Source: an uncultured Candidatus Rokubacteria bacterium
GTDB taxonomy: Bacteria > Methylomirabilota > Methylomirabilia > Rokubacteriales > DASRDR01
Length of the DNA: 64,000 bases
Reading direction: 5' to 3'
Assembly: GCA_963708025.1 (NCBI GenBank)
Contig: CAVPSB010000015.1
Span: forward strand, 96,001 to 160,000
The translations under genes and the position numbers were made by a program. Of the stretch, positions 38,462 through 48,090 are shown one piece after another (position 1 is the first letter of the stretch; each line of letters opens with the position of its first letter). The notes beneath the pieces were generated by a model. It was not told where the DNA came from and searched no databases. It saw only the letters and a list, made by a program, of their open reading frames with translations.

Positions 38462-39526
38462 ATGGGTTCGCCCACGGGCGCACGGGACGCTCTCGTCAGC
38501 GTGATCATCCCGACGTACAATCGGGCCGCCCTCCTGCCGGACGCCGTTCGCTCGGCGCTCGGCCAGGATCACCGGAGCCTCGAGGTGATCCTCCTCGACG
38601 ACGAGTCCACGGACGAGACGCCCGGCGTCACGGCAGCCCTGGCCGCCGCCGATCCGCGGGTCCGCGCGTACCGGCACGAGAACGTGGGCCAGTCGGCGAC
38701 GGTGAACCGCGGCCTCGAGCTCGCCCGGGGCGAGGTCGCCATCATGCTGTCCGACGACGATCTGCTCTGTCCCGAGGCGGTGTCGCGGGGAGTGGCGGCC
38801 CTCGAGGCCCACCCGGAGGCGGTGGTGGCCTTCGGCGACCTCGAGCTGATCGACCTCGACGGCCGGCACGTCCGTCTCCACCGGGGGTCACCGACGACGG
38901 TGGACGCGATCCTCGGCGATCACGAGCACGACATCGGGGTCGGGGCGGCGTTCCGCACCGCGGCGGCCCGCCGCGCAGGCGGATGGAACCCGCGCTTCCA
39001 TCACGTGCCCGACCTCGATTTCTGGCTGCGGATGGGATTGCTCGGAGGCTTCGTGTACGTGCCGGAGCTGTTCGGGTGGTGGCGCACCCACCCCGGGCAG
39101 ATTACCGCGCACGCGACGGATCCGCGCTGCGCGGCCGAGCACGTCGAGGTCGTCGAGCAGTTCCTCGCGCGTGACGACCTGCCGGCCTCGCTGGCCACGC
39201 TGGCGCCCCGAGCCCGGGCCAGTGCCCACCTGGTCGCGGCCAGCGTGCTCGACCCCTCGCTGTCGGCGCAGGATCGGCGCTTCTACGTCCTGGACCGCCA
39301 TTCGGTGGCGCGCGGCGAGAGTGGCCACCGGGGTACGCCTGACGATGCAATGGCCCGGCTCGCGAGGATCGCCGACGAGCGGCTGGGTGTCATCGACGTG
39401 CTCGACCGGGCGGCGAAGGAGCGACTCGACCTCATTCACCGCCTCGAGGCCGAGCTGCTCGCCGAGCGGGCCGAGACCGCGCGGCTGCGCGCGAGGCGCG
39501 GCGCCCGATGGTGGACGCGTGGGTGA
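38462..39526 (+). CDS. Glycosyltransferase family 2 with a C-terminal coiled coil
   Basis: VSVIIPTYN, DDESTD, NRGLELARGE, SDDD, DLDFWLR. Confidence 0.9.
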   Translation: MGSPTGARDALVSVIIPTYNRAALLPDAVRSALGQDHRSLEVILLDDESTDETPGVTAALAAADPRVRAYRHENVGQSATVNRGLELARGEVAIMLSDDDLLCPEAVSRGVAALEAHPEAVVAFGDLELIDLDGRHVRLHRGSPTTVDAILGDHEHDIGVGAAFRTAAARRAGGWNPRFHHVPDLDFWLRMGLLGGFVYVPELFGWWRTHPGQITAHATDPRCAAEHVEVVEQFLARDDLPASLATLAPRARASAHLVAASVLDPSLSAQDRRFYVLDRHSVARGESGHRGTPDDAMARLARIADERLGVIDVLDRAAKERLDLIHRLEAELLAERAETARLRARRGARWWTRG

Positions 39527-40403
39527 CCGAATCCTCGTGCTCGGGGGGTCGGGGATGGCTGGTCACAAGCTGTGGCAAGTGCTGACCGGACGGGGTCACG
39601 AGGTGTTCGCCACCGTGCGTGGTAAGCTCTCCGGCGCTGCCGCCGCCGTCCTCGTGCGCCGCCAGGCGATCGAGCACGTCGACGCCGCGACCGAGGGCGG
39701 GCTCGTGCGGGCCTTCGCCGCCGCCCGGCCGGCGGTGGTGGTGAACGCCGTCGGGGTCGTGAAGCAGCGCCCCGAGGCGTCCGGGGCGGCCGGAATCGAG
39801 ATGAATGCCCTCCTGCCGCACCGCCTGGCCGCGCTCTGCGGCGTGAGCGGCGCCCGGCTGGTGCACCTGTCGACCGACTGCGTCTTCTCCGGCGCCCGGG
39901 CGGGCGGAGGCTATCGAGAGGACGACCTCCCCGACCCGTGGGACCGCTACGGGCTGGCGAAGCTGCTCGGCGAGGTCACCGGCCCGGGGCGCCTCACGCT
40001 CCGGACCTCGATCATCGGCCGCGAGCTGGCCGGGGGACACGGGCTCCTCGAATGGCTCCGGTCCCGTCGAGGCGGCGAGGCCCCCGGGTGGCGACGCTCC
40101 GTGTTCAGCGGCGTCACGACGGCCACGCTGGCCGAGGCCGTGGCCGACGTCGTGGAGAAGCATCCCGATCTCGAGGGGATCCACCATCTCGCCGGTCCGC
40201 GCACCGACAAGGCGTCGCTGCTCGAGCTGCTGTCGCGGCGGCTCGAGCTCCACGTCCGGATCATTCCCGAGGATGGCCCATCGGTGGACCGGTCGCTCGA
40301 CGGGTCGCGCTTCTGCGCACTGACCGGCTGGCAGGCTCCCGACTGGGAGGTGATGTCGGAGCGCCTGGCCGCTGACCCGACGCCGTACTCGGACCGACCA
40401 TGA
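39519..40403 (+). CDS. RmlD-like NDP-4-keto-6-deoxyhexose reductase (SDR)
   Basis: LVLGGSGMAG, NALLPH, LSTDCVFSG, YGLAKLLGE, RTSIIG. Confidence 0.88.
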   Translation: MGDRILVLGGSGMAGHKLWQVLTGRGHEVFATVRGKLSGAAAAVLVRRQAIEHVDAATEGGLVRAFAAARPAVVVNAVGVVKQRPEASGAAGIEMNALLPHRLAALCGVSGARLVHLSTDCVFSGARAGGGYREDDLPDPWDRYGLAKLLGEVTGPGRLTLRTSIIGRELAGGHGLLEWLRSRRGGEAPGWRRSVFSGVTTATLAEAVADVVEKHPDLEGIHHLAGPRTDKASLLELLSRRLELHVRIIPEDGPSVDRSLDGSRFCALTGWQAPDWEVMSERLAADPTPYSDRP

Positions 40404-41449
40404 CGGCGGGGGCGCGCCTCGAAGGGGCGCACGTGGTCGTGACCGGAGGCACGGGCTCCCTCGGGAACGCGCTCGTCCGTCGTCTGCTGGCCGGCGAGCT
40501 GGGTCTGCCCGACCGGGTCACGGTCATGTCGCGCGACGAGGCCAAGCAGACGGAGATGCGCCTGCGGTTCGCGAATCGGTCGGTGGCAACCGACGACGAG
40601 CTGTACTACGCACGCGGACGGCTGAGATTCCGGGTCGGCGACATTCGCGACCCGGCGACCGTCGCCGCGACGCTGCGCGGCGCCGACGTGGTCGTCTGCG
40701 CGGCGGCCCTCAAGCAGGTTCCGGCCTGCGAGTACGCGCCGCTGGAGGCCGTGCGCACCAACGTGCTCGGCACCGAGAACATCGTCCGCGCCATCGGCGA
40801 GCATGGGCTTGCGGTGCGGACGGTGGTGGGCATCTCGACCGACAAGGCGTGCAAGCCGATCAACGTCATGGGCATGACCAAGGCACTCCAGGAGCGCGTG
40901 CTCCAGCACGCCAATCTCGAGGTGCCGGCCACCCGGTTCGTGATCGTCCGCTACGGGAATGTCCTCGCCTCGCGCGGGTCGGTGGTGCCGCTGTTCCTCG
41001 ACCAGGTGCGCCGGGGAGGCCCGCTCACGCTCACCGACCCGCGGATGACGCGCTTCCTGATGACCCTCGACCTCGCGGTGGACACGGTGTTCAGCGCGCT
41101 CGGCTGGGCGGCCCCGGCCGAGGTCGTGGTGCCGCGAGCCCCGTCGGCCCGCGTGGTCGACATCGCTCGCGCGCTCATTGGCGACCGCGCGATCCCGATC
41201 GAGACCATCGGCATCCGCCCGGGCGAGAAGCTCCACGAGATCCTCGTCAGCGAGGAGGAGAGCCCGCGGACGATCGAGCGCGACGGCTACCTCGTGATCC
41301 GGCCGCTCCTGCCGGAGCTGCGGGGCCCGGCGGCCACCGGGCCACCATTCGCCGGGACCGAGTACGGGTCGGCCGACGATCCGATGGAAGTCGGCGCGGT
41401 GTGCCGGCTGCTGGAGCAACACGGCCTCCGGGTGGCGGCGCCTCCGTGA
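40400..41449 (+). CDS. UDP-GlcNAc 4,6-dehydratase (FnlA/WbjB/CapE-like)
   Basis: TGGTGSLG, SRDEAKQ, AALKQVPACE, STDKA, RYGNVLASRGSVVP, GIRPGEKLHE. Confidence 0.92.
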   Translation: MTAGARLEGAHVVVTGGTGSLGNALVRRLLAGELGLPDRVTVMSRDEAKQTEMRLRFANRSVATDDELYYARGRLRFRVGDIRDPATVAATLRGADVVVCAAALKQVPACEYAPLEAVRTNVLGTENIVRAIGEHGLAVRTVVGISTDKACKPINVMGMTKALQERVLQHANLEVPATRFVIVRYGNVLASRGSVVPLFLDQVRRGGPLTLTDPRMTRFLMTLDLAVDTVFSALGWAAPAEVVVPRAPSARVVDIARALIGDRAIPIETIGIRPGEKLHEILVSEEESPRTIERDGYLVIRPLLPELRGPAATGPPFAGTEYGSADDPMEVGAVCRLLEQHGLRVAAPP

Positions 41450-42537
41450 AAGTCCTCACCGTCCTCGGCACGCGTCCGGAGATCATCCGCCTGTCGCGGA
41501 TCGTCGCGCGCCTCGACGAGCTCTGCCATCACGTGCTCGTCCACACCGGACAGAACGTCGATCCGGCGCTGTCCAAGGTTTTCTTCGACGAGCTCGGCCT
41601 GCGCACCCCGGACGTGCACCTGGCCATGGCCGGCGAGGGGTTCGCCGAGCGCATCGGCGCGTTGCTGGGCCCGTTCGCCCGGACGCTGGCCACCGAGCGC
41701 CCCGACCGCGTGCTCGTGCTCGGCGACACTGACAGCGGGGTGGCCGCGTTCGTGGCCGCCCGGCTCGGCGTGCCCGTTGCGCACCTCGAGGCGGGCAACC
41801 GCTGCTTCGACGTCCGGGTGCCCGAGGAGGTCAACCGCCGGCTGATCGACCACTGCAGCGACCTGCTGTTGCCGTACACCGAGCGCAGCCGGTCTCACCT
41901 GCTCGCCGAGGGCATCTCCTCCGCGCGGATCCTGGTGGTCGGCAACCCGATCGGCGAGGTGATGGCGGCGTGTCGCTCGATGATCGACGCGAGCGCCGTG
42001 CTCGACCGGCTCGGGCTCCAGCGGGGCGGGTTCGTGGTGGCGACCGCGCATCGCCAGGAGAACGTGGACCACCGGGAGCGACTGGCGGCGATCGTCAAGG
42101 CCCTGGAGGCGGTGGCCGTGGACACCGGTCTCCCGGTCGTGGTGAGCGTCCACCCGCGGACTCGCGCCCGACTGCGGGAGGCGGGAATCGCCGGAGCCGG
42201 GTCGGTGCGCTGGTGCGATCCGTTCGGCTTTCCCGACTTTGTCCGGCTCACGCGCGACGCCGCCCTCGTGCTCACCGACAGCGGCACCGTGCAGGAGGAG
42301 GCCTGCCTGCTCGGGGTGCCGGCGGTGACGCTCCGCGACACGACCGAGCGACCCGAGACGGTCGAGTGTGGGTCGAACGTGCTCGCCGGGGTCGAACCGG
42401 ACGCCGTGCGGCGAGCGACCCGGCTCGCACTCTCCCGGGGTCGCAACTGGGCGCCCCCCGCCGAGTACCTCCGACCGCACGTGGCCGACACGGTGGCCTC
42501 CGCCGTGCTCGGACCATGGCCGACGCGGCCCGGCTGA
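41446..42537 (+). CDS. Non-hydrolysing UDP-HexNAc 2-epimerase (FnlC/WbjD/WecB family)
   Basis: GTRPEIIRLS, HTGQN, LGDT, EAGNRCFD, PEEVNR, HRQEN, DSGTVQEE, TERPE. Confidence 0.92.
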   Translation: MKVLTVLGTRPEIIRLSRIVARLDELCHHVLVHTGQNVDPALSKVFFDELGLRTPDVHLAMAGEGFAERIGALLGPFARTLATERPDRVLVLGDTDSGVAAFVAARLGVPVAHLEAGNRCFDVRVPEEVNRRLIDHCSDLLLPYTERSRSHLLAEGISSARILVVGNPIGEVMAACRSMIDASAVLDRLGLQRGGFVVATAHRQENVDHRERLAAIVKALEAVAVDTGLPVVVSVHPRTRARLREAGIAGAGSVRWCDPFGFPDFVRLTRDAALVLTDSGTVQEEACLLGVPAVTLRDTTERPETVECGSNVLAGVEPDAVRRATRLALSRGRNWAPPAEYLRPHVADTVASAVLGPWPTRPG

Positions 42538-42576
42538 CTCCTGCGCGAGGCCCCCGGCCTTCGGGGTCTCCCGACC

Positions 42577-43998
42577 TCACGGGGTGGCGAAGAAGCGCCG
42601 GAGCGCCTGGTAGTCGGGGCGCGCCCGCTTGGCGCGAATCACGCGTTCCGCTGCGACCGGGGTGTCCGGCCGTAGCACGTCGATGCGGCGGACATCGTGG
42701 CGGTTCGGGGTCATCAGGCTCGAGCCGTCGAGGCCGTGGCAGGTCATGCAGACGGTCGCGGCCGGCTGGAGGGTGCTCCCCGGCGGCCGCCCGAAGGCCA
42801 CGAAGCCGGCGGGGACGGGAGCGTCGGCCTCGAGCAGCTGGAGGCCTCCGCTCGGGCGGGGGTGCGCGGCGAGCGCCTGGCGGGTCGCATGGAGCACCTG
42901 GACCGGGAGGTCGTCGAGGTCGAATCGGCCGTCCGCGCCCGGCTCCACGGGTCGCACGTCACGGACCTGGATGCCGACGACGAGAGGGGTGGCGACCAGC
43001 TCGCCGCTCGAAGCCAGCGCCAGCACGCTCTCCACGAGCAGAACGCGACTTCCGGGGGCGAGCAGCCGGCCCCACCGGACGCAGGCGGGCCCCTCGCCCT
43101 GGTCCCGGAAGAACCCGCGTTCGAGACAGGCTGCCCCCCCGGCGGACTCCGGGCTCCGGACGAGCACGCGGAACGCCTGCCGGTGGCCGGCGGTGGCGGC
43201 GTGAGTCGTCGTCTCCTCCCCCCGGGCGCCGCTGACCAGCAGCTCCCGCCACCCGGCATCGCCGGCGAAGGCGTCGGGAACGGCCTGCGGGTAGGCGCGG
43301 ACGACTTCGGCCCAGTTCGACCGCAGCGCGGTCAGCTCCTCCGGCCGTGGCGCCAGGCGCGCGATCGTCCGCCCGAGGAGGTCGAGCAGGCGCGCCCGTC
43401 GATCGCGGGTCGCCGCGCCACGACGACTTCCGTCGAGCGCGTAGAGGGCGTCGAACCGGCTCCAGAGGTCGTGCTGGAAGAGGATGCGTGCCTCGAGGCT
43501 CGGCACCGCTGGCTCGGCCGTGCTCGTGACGGCGGTCAGCGCCGCCGTCAGGCGACGGAAGCGCTCCGGCTTCAGGAGGAACCGAACGTCGCGGTCGAGG
43601 AGCAACTCGGGCGTGTCGCCTCCCTCGAGCCGGGTGATCGGCGTGCAGGGTCCTCCGAACCGGCGCCGGTAGTACTCGTGGATGGCGGCCCGGCGTGCTT
43701 CGTCGCTCGCCGCGGCGTCGAGGTCGGGCGGCCCGACCGGTCCCGGTCCGTCCGCATAGAAGCGCGACACACAGGCGGAGACGGGCGACGTGAAGAGGAG
43801 GTGGACGACACGGTTCCACGGATGCTCGGGGTCGGGAGCGTAGATCGGCACCGGCCGGTCGGCAACCAGCGAGCCGCGCAGCAGGCCGGATGCATGATGG
43901 ACCGGCGGCCCGGCCGTGGCGGCAAAGGCCATAGCGAGCCCGGCGGGAACGAGGATGCACGCCAGGCGCGCGCACTGCGCGATCCGCCGCGCTTGCAT
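42577..43998 (-). CDS. Hypothetical exported protein with a C-terminal CxxCH (putative heme c) motif
   Basis: Signal-like N-terminus; DPEHPWNR; FQHDLWSRFD; VCMTCHG near the C-terminus. Confidence 0.6.
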   Translation of the reverse strand: MQARRIAQCARLACILVPAGLAMAFAATAGPPVHHASGLLRGSLVADRPVPIYAPDPEHPWNRVVHLLFTSPVSACVSRFYADGPGPVGPPDLDAAASDEARRAAIHEYYRRRFGGPCTPITRLEGGDTPELLLDRDVRFLLKPERFRRLTAALTAVTSTAEPAVPSLEARILFQHDLWSRFDALYALDGSRRGAATRDRRARLLDLLGRTIARLAPRPEELTALRSNWAEVVRAYPQAVPDAFAGDAGWRELLVSGARGEETTTHAATAGHRQAFRVLVRSPESAGGAACLERGFFRDQGEGPACVRWGRLLAPGSRVLLVESVLALASSGELVATPLVVGIQVRDVRPVEPGADGRFDLDDLPVQVLHATRQALAAHPRPSGGLQLLEADAPVPAGFVAFGRPPGSTLQPAATVCMTCHGLDGSSLMTPNRHDVRRIDVLRPDTPVAAERVIRAKRARPDYQALRRFFATP

Positions 43999-44068
43999 TG
44001 AAATCAGAGGGACTTCAGCTTGGTGAAGTCGAGGTCATCATCGTGGGTCACGGTACGTGGCGGTCGGG

Positions 44069-44512
44069 CTACTGACGCTCGCACTCGCCGACTCTCACCG
44101 CGATCTGCGTCTCGGACATCGTCATGTTCTTGCCACCCATCTGCATCCGGATGGCTCCCCGATAACCGCCGGCAGTAGGTTCGAACTCGGCTTCCCCGCT
44201 GGCCGCATTCGGCCCCGGACAGTGGATCCGGTAGCGGGCCGTGGTGCCAGCAGCCGCGAAGTCGGCCAGTGCGCACGATCGGATCGGATTCTCGCTCCGC
44301 ACGAAGAACGCCTGCCCGGACTCGATCTCGGTGGCGGTCAGGCAGCGCCTGAACCGACTGGACGGCCCGACCTGGAGCACGTTGGGCAGGTTGACGCGCA
44401 CCTCGATCTCGTAGAGCCCGGGGGCTACGGCCAGCGGCCCGGCCGCCGTCGGGATCGCCCCGACCGTGACCAACAGCCACAGGAGCCCGGGAAGCCTCAG
44501 GTAGTGCCCCAC
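44069..44512 (-). CDS. DUF3617-like secreted protein
   Basis: Signal peptide; PGLYEI, CLT, C-terminal RVGEC. Confidence 0.7.
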   Translation of the reverse strand: MGHYLRLPGLLWLLVTVGAIPTAAGPLAVAPGLYEIEVRVNLPNVLQVGPSSRFRRCLTATEIESGQAFFVRSENPIRSCALADFAAAGTTARYRIHCPGPNAASGEAEFEPTAGGYRGAIRMQMGGKNMTMSETQIAVRVGECERQ

Positions 44513-44516
44513 ACGA

Positions 44517-45428
44517 CTACACCGGCGCCTCGGGGCTGGAGGCGGCGAGGAAGGCGTAGACCGACGAGACGTCCTTGCGCCCGTAACCGTGCGTGGAGGC
44601 CAGCCGGAGGAGCTGCAGGGCCGCCGAGGACACCGCCACCGGGACGCGCAGCTCGCGGGCGGCGTTGACGGCCAGCCCCAGATCCTTGCACATCAGGTCG
44701 ACCATGAACCCGGGGGCGTAGTCGCGGCTGGAGGCGGCCTGGGGCACGATGCCGGGCACCGGGTGGCCGTGCTCCATGATCCAGGTGGCGCCCGACGAGC
44801 TGGCGATCACCCGGGTCAGGACCTTCGGGTCGAGGCCGAATCCCTCGGCGATGCGGAAGGCCTCGCTCACCGCCACCGTCGCCACGCCGGCGATCAGGTT
44901 GTTGCAGAGCTTGGCGGCCTCGCCGGCGCCCACCGGCCCCACGTGGACGATGGTCGCGCCCATGGCGGCCAGCGCCGGCCGGGCTTCCTCGAGATCCGCG
45001 GCGTCGCCGCCGACCATGATGGCCAGCGTCCCCTTCTCGGCCCCGCCCACGCCGCCCGAGACCGGCGCGTCGATGAAGCGCACCCCTCGCTCGGAGAGCC
45101 GCGCCGCCACCCGCCGCGAGGTGGCCGGGTCGATCGTGGACATGTCCACGCACAGCCGGCCGGTCGGGACGCCTTCCAGCACCCCGCCCGCGCCGAGGTA
45201 GGCGCTCTCGACGTGGGACGCCGAGGGCAGCATGGTGATGACCAGATCGCACTGCCCGGCCAGGGCAGCGGCCGAGCCCACCGGCGTGGCGCCCAGCCCG
45301 GCCGCCGCCGCCAGCGCCGCCGGCTCGAGGTCGTAGGCCACCACGCCGAACCCCTTCCGGACGAGGTTTCCGACCATGGGGCGGCCCATGTTCCCGGTGC
45401 CGATGAACCCGACCTTCACCTGTGGCAT
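44517..45428 (-). CDS. 3-hydroxyisobutyrate dehydrogenase family NAD-dependent oxidoreductase
   Basis: GFIGTGNMG, DAPVSGG, KLCNN, DYAPGF, KDL. Confidence 0.92.
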   Translation of the reverse strand: MPQVKVGFIGTGNMGRPMVGNLVRKGFGVVAYDLEPAALAAAAGLGATPVGSAAALAGQCDLVITMLPSASHVESAYLGAGGVLEGVPTGRLCVDMSTIDPATSRRVAARLSERGVRFIDAPVSGGVGGAEKGTLAIMVGGDAADLEEARPALAAMGATIVHVGPVGAGEAAKLCNNLIAGVATVAVSEAFRIAEGFGLDPKVLTRVIASSSGATWIMEHGHPVPGIVPQAASSRDYAPGFMVDLMCKDLGLAVNAARELRVPVAVSSAALQLLRLASTHGYGRKDVSSVYAFLAASSPEAPV

Positions 45429-45566
45429 CGATGGACCCTCCGGTGTGCGATCGATGTGACGGTGGCGTGCGGTGCCCGGCCGGCTGGCTCACATGCTACA
45501 CTCCCTGGCACCCGGGCACTACCTGGACGCCGAGGACCCCTCGTACCGGAGCCGAAGGAGGTCGCG

Positions 45567-47132
45567 ATGAGACACGCGGCGTGGGTCTGGATTCTGGCTG
45601 CACTGGTCGTGCTGGGAACGGTCCCGGCGCCGGCGGTGGCGCAGCCGGGGGCGGCGGGGACCCTGGTGGTCGGCGTGGTCGCCGAGCCGGTGAACCTCGA
45701 CCCGGCCCAGGTCACCGACCTGAACTCGAACCGGGTCTCCCGGCGCATCGCCGAGACGCTGGTGGCGTTCGCCGAGGAGAGCACGCGGGTCGAGCCGCAC
45801 CTCGCCGAGTCCTGGACGATCTCCCGCGACGGGCTGACCTACACCTTCAAGCTCCGGAAGGGGATCAAGTTCCACGACGGCACGCCTTTCGACGCCGAGG
45901 CCGTCAAGTTCTCGATCGAGCGCCAGATCAACCCCGACCATCCCTTCAACAAGCTCGGCAAGTACCCGTTCGCCGGCTACTTCTTCGGCAACGTGAAGGC
46001 GGTCGAGGTGGTGGCCGACGACACGGTCCAGTTCGTCCTCAAGGAGCCGCGCGCCTCGTTTCTCTCGGTGCTGGCCGCCGGCGCCGCCTCGATCGTGAGC
46101 CCGACCGCGGCACGAAAGTACGGCGCCGACTACGCCCTGACCCCGGTCGGCACCGGGCCGTTCCGCTACGTGAGCTGGGACCGCGGCCAGCGGGTGGTCC
46201 TCGAGAAGAACCCCGGCTACTGGAAGTTCCCGGTGAAGCTCGACCGGGTGATCTACCGCCCGATCGTGGAGGACCAGGCGCGGCTGACCGAGCTGCTGAC
46301 CGGCTCGCTCGACCTCATCGTCGGGGTGCCCCCCGACTTCGTCGCCCAGCTCGAGGGCAACGCGAAGCTCGGCCTCCTCAAGCAGGTCGGCGCCCACGTC
46401 TGGTACCTCGGCATCAACAACCAGAAGAAGCCGCTCGACGACAAGCGGGTGCGCCAGGCGCTGAACTACGCGGTCAACAAGGAGGCGATCGTCAAGGACG
46501 TCCTCAAGGGGACGGGCGCGGTCTCGCGCGGCCCGGTCCTGCCCGACACCTGGGGCGCGGACCCCGCCCTCAAGGCCTACCCGTACGACCCCGAGCGGGC
46601 GAAGAAGCTCCTGGCCGAGGCCGGCTACCCGAGCGGCTTCTCGACGACCCTGTGGGTGCCCGAGTCCGGGTCGGGGATGCAGTCGCCGGTGGCGATGTCC
46701 ACGGTCATCCAGTCGAACCTGAAGGCGGTCGGGGTGAACGTGACGCTCCAGACCATGGAGTGGGGCGCCTTCCTGGCCAAGCTCCGGACCAAGGAGCAGG
46801 ACCTGTTCGCGCTGTCGTGGATGGCCGGCGCCGAAGACCCCGACCTCGTCATCTATCCCTTGCTGCACTCGAGCCAGTGGACACCGGGCGGGCCGAACCG
46901 GGCCCTCTACAAGAACACCCGGCTCGACGACCTCCTGCACCAGGCCCGCATCGTGACCGACCAGGCCAAGCGGGCCGAGCTCTACCGGGAGGCGCAGCGG
47001 ATCCTCGTCGAGGACCCCCCCTGGATCTTCATCGATCACGAGATCCAGATCGCGGCGTTCTCGCGGCGGGTCCAGGGGTTCAAGCTCCACCCGAGCTTCG
47101 ATCTTCGCGTGGAGACCATTTCCGTCCGGTAG
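45567..47132 (+). CDS. ABC transporter substrate-binding protein, family 5
   Basis: AAGGAGG RBS; LDPAQ, LAESW, KFHDGTPFDAEAVKF, VGTGPF, VRQALNYAVNK. Confidence 0.93.
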   Translation: MRHAAWVWILAALVVLGTVPAPAVAQPGAAGTLVVGVVAEPVNLDPAQVTDLNSNRVSRRIAETLVAFAEESTRVEPHLAESWTISRDGLTYTFKLRKGIKFHDGTPFDAEAVKFSIERQINPDHPFNKLGKYPFAGYFFGNVKAVEVVADDTVQFVLKEPRASFLSVLAAGAASIVSPTAARKYGADYALTPVGTGPFRYVSWDRGQRVVLEKNPGYWKFPVKLDRVIYRPIVEDQARLTELLTGSLDLIVGVPPDFVAQLEGNAKLGLLKQVGAHVWYLGINNQKKPLDDKRVRQALNYAVNKEAIVKDVLKGTGAVSRGPVLPDTWGADPALKAYPYDPERAKKLLAEAGYPSGFSTTLWVPESGSGMQSPVAMSTVIQSNLKAVGVNVTLQTMEWGAFLAKLRTKEQDLFALSWMAGAEDPDLVIYPLLHSSQWTPGGPNRALYKNTRLDDLLHQARIVTDQAKRAELYREAQRILVEDPPWIFIDHEIQIAAFSRRVQGFKLHPSFDLRVETISVR

Positions 47133-47139
47133 CTCGATC

Positions 47140-48090
47140 GTGCGCCGTTACCTGACGCGACGGCTCCTTGCCCTGGTGCCGGTGCTGGCGGGGGCGTCGG
47201 TCGTGGTGTTCCTCGTCCTGCACCTCTCGCCGGGCGACCCGGCGGAGATCATGCTCGGCTCCCAGGCCACCCAGGAAGACCTGGCGCGCCTCCGCGCCGA
47301 GCTGGGGCTGACCGAGCCGCTCCCGGTCCAGTACTTCCGCTGGCTGGGCCACGTCCTCCAGGGCGACCTCGGCCGCTCGATCTGGACGAAGCGCCCCGTC
47401 CTCGGCGAGGTGCTCGGCCGGTTCCGCGCCACGCTGCTCCTGACGGCGAGCGCGCTCCTCCTCTCGACGGTCGGCGGGATCCTCCTCGGCATCGCGTCGG
47501 CCACCCGCCGCAACTCGTTCCTCGACCGGGTGAGCGCGGTCGTGTCGCTCTTCGGCGCCAGCATGCCGGTCTTCTGGCTCGGCATCGTGCTCATGGTGAC
47601 CTTCTCGCTCTGGCTGGGCTGGCTCCCGGCGTCGGGCATGTTCGCCCCCTACGGCGGCGGCGACCTCGGGGACCTCCTCGCCCACCTGGTCATGCCGGCG
47701 GTGACGCTGGCCGCCGCCTCCACCGCCATCGTCGCGCGGCTCACGCGCTCGAGCATGCTCGAGGTGCTGGGCCAGGACTACATCCGCACCGCGCGGTCGA
47801 AGGGGGTGGTCGAGCGGGCCGTGGTCGTGCGGCACGGCCTCTGGAACGCCCTCATGCCGATCGTGACCGTGATCGGCGTGCAGGCCGGCTATCTCCTGGG
47901 CGGCGCCGTGCTGACCGAGACGGTCTTCGCCTGGCCCGGGGTGGGCACCCTCATGATCCAGGGGATCCTGGCCCGGGACTTCCCGCTCGTACAGGGCTGT
48001 GTCCTCGTCATCGCCCTGACCTTCGCCCTCATCAACCTCGGCGTGGACCTCCTGTACGGCTATCTCGATCCACGGATCCGCTATGAGTAG
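47140..48090 (+). CDS. DppB-like ABC permease
   Basis: PGDPA, GDLGRS, DYIRTARSKG, RDFPLVQG, LDPRIRY. Confidence 0.93.
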   Translation: MRRYLTRRLLALVPVLAGASVVVFLVLHLSPGDPAEIMLGSQATQEDLARLRAELGLTEPLPVQYFRWLGHVLQGDLGRSIWTKRPVLGEVLGRFRATLLLTASALLLSTVGGILLGIASATRRNSFLDRVSAVVSLFGASMPVFWLGIVLMVTFSLWLGWLPASGMFAPYGGGDLGDLLAHLVMPAVTLAAASTAIVARLTRSSMLEVLGQDYIRTARSKGVVERAVVVRHGLWNALMPIVTVIGVQAGYLLGGAVLTETVFAWPGVGTLMIQGILARDFPLVQGCVLVIALTFALINLGVDLLYGYLDPRIRYE

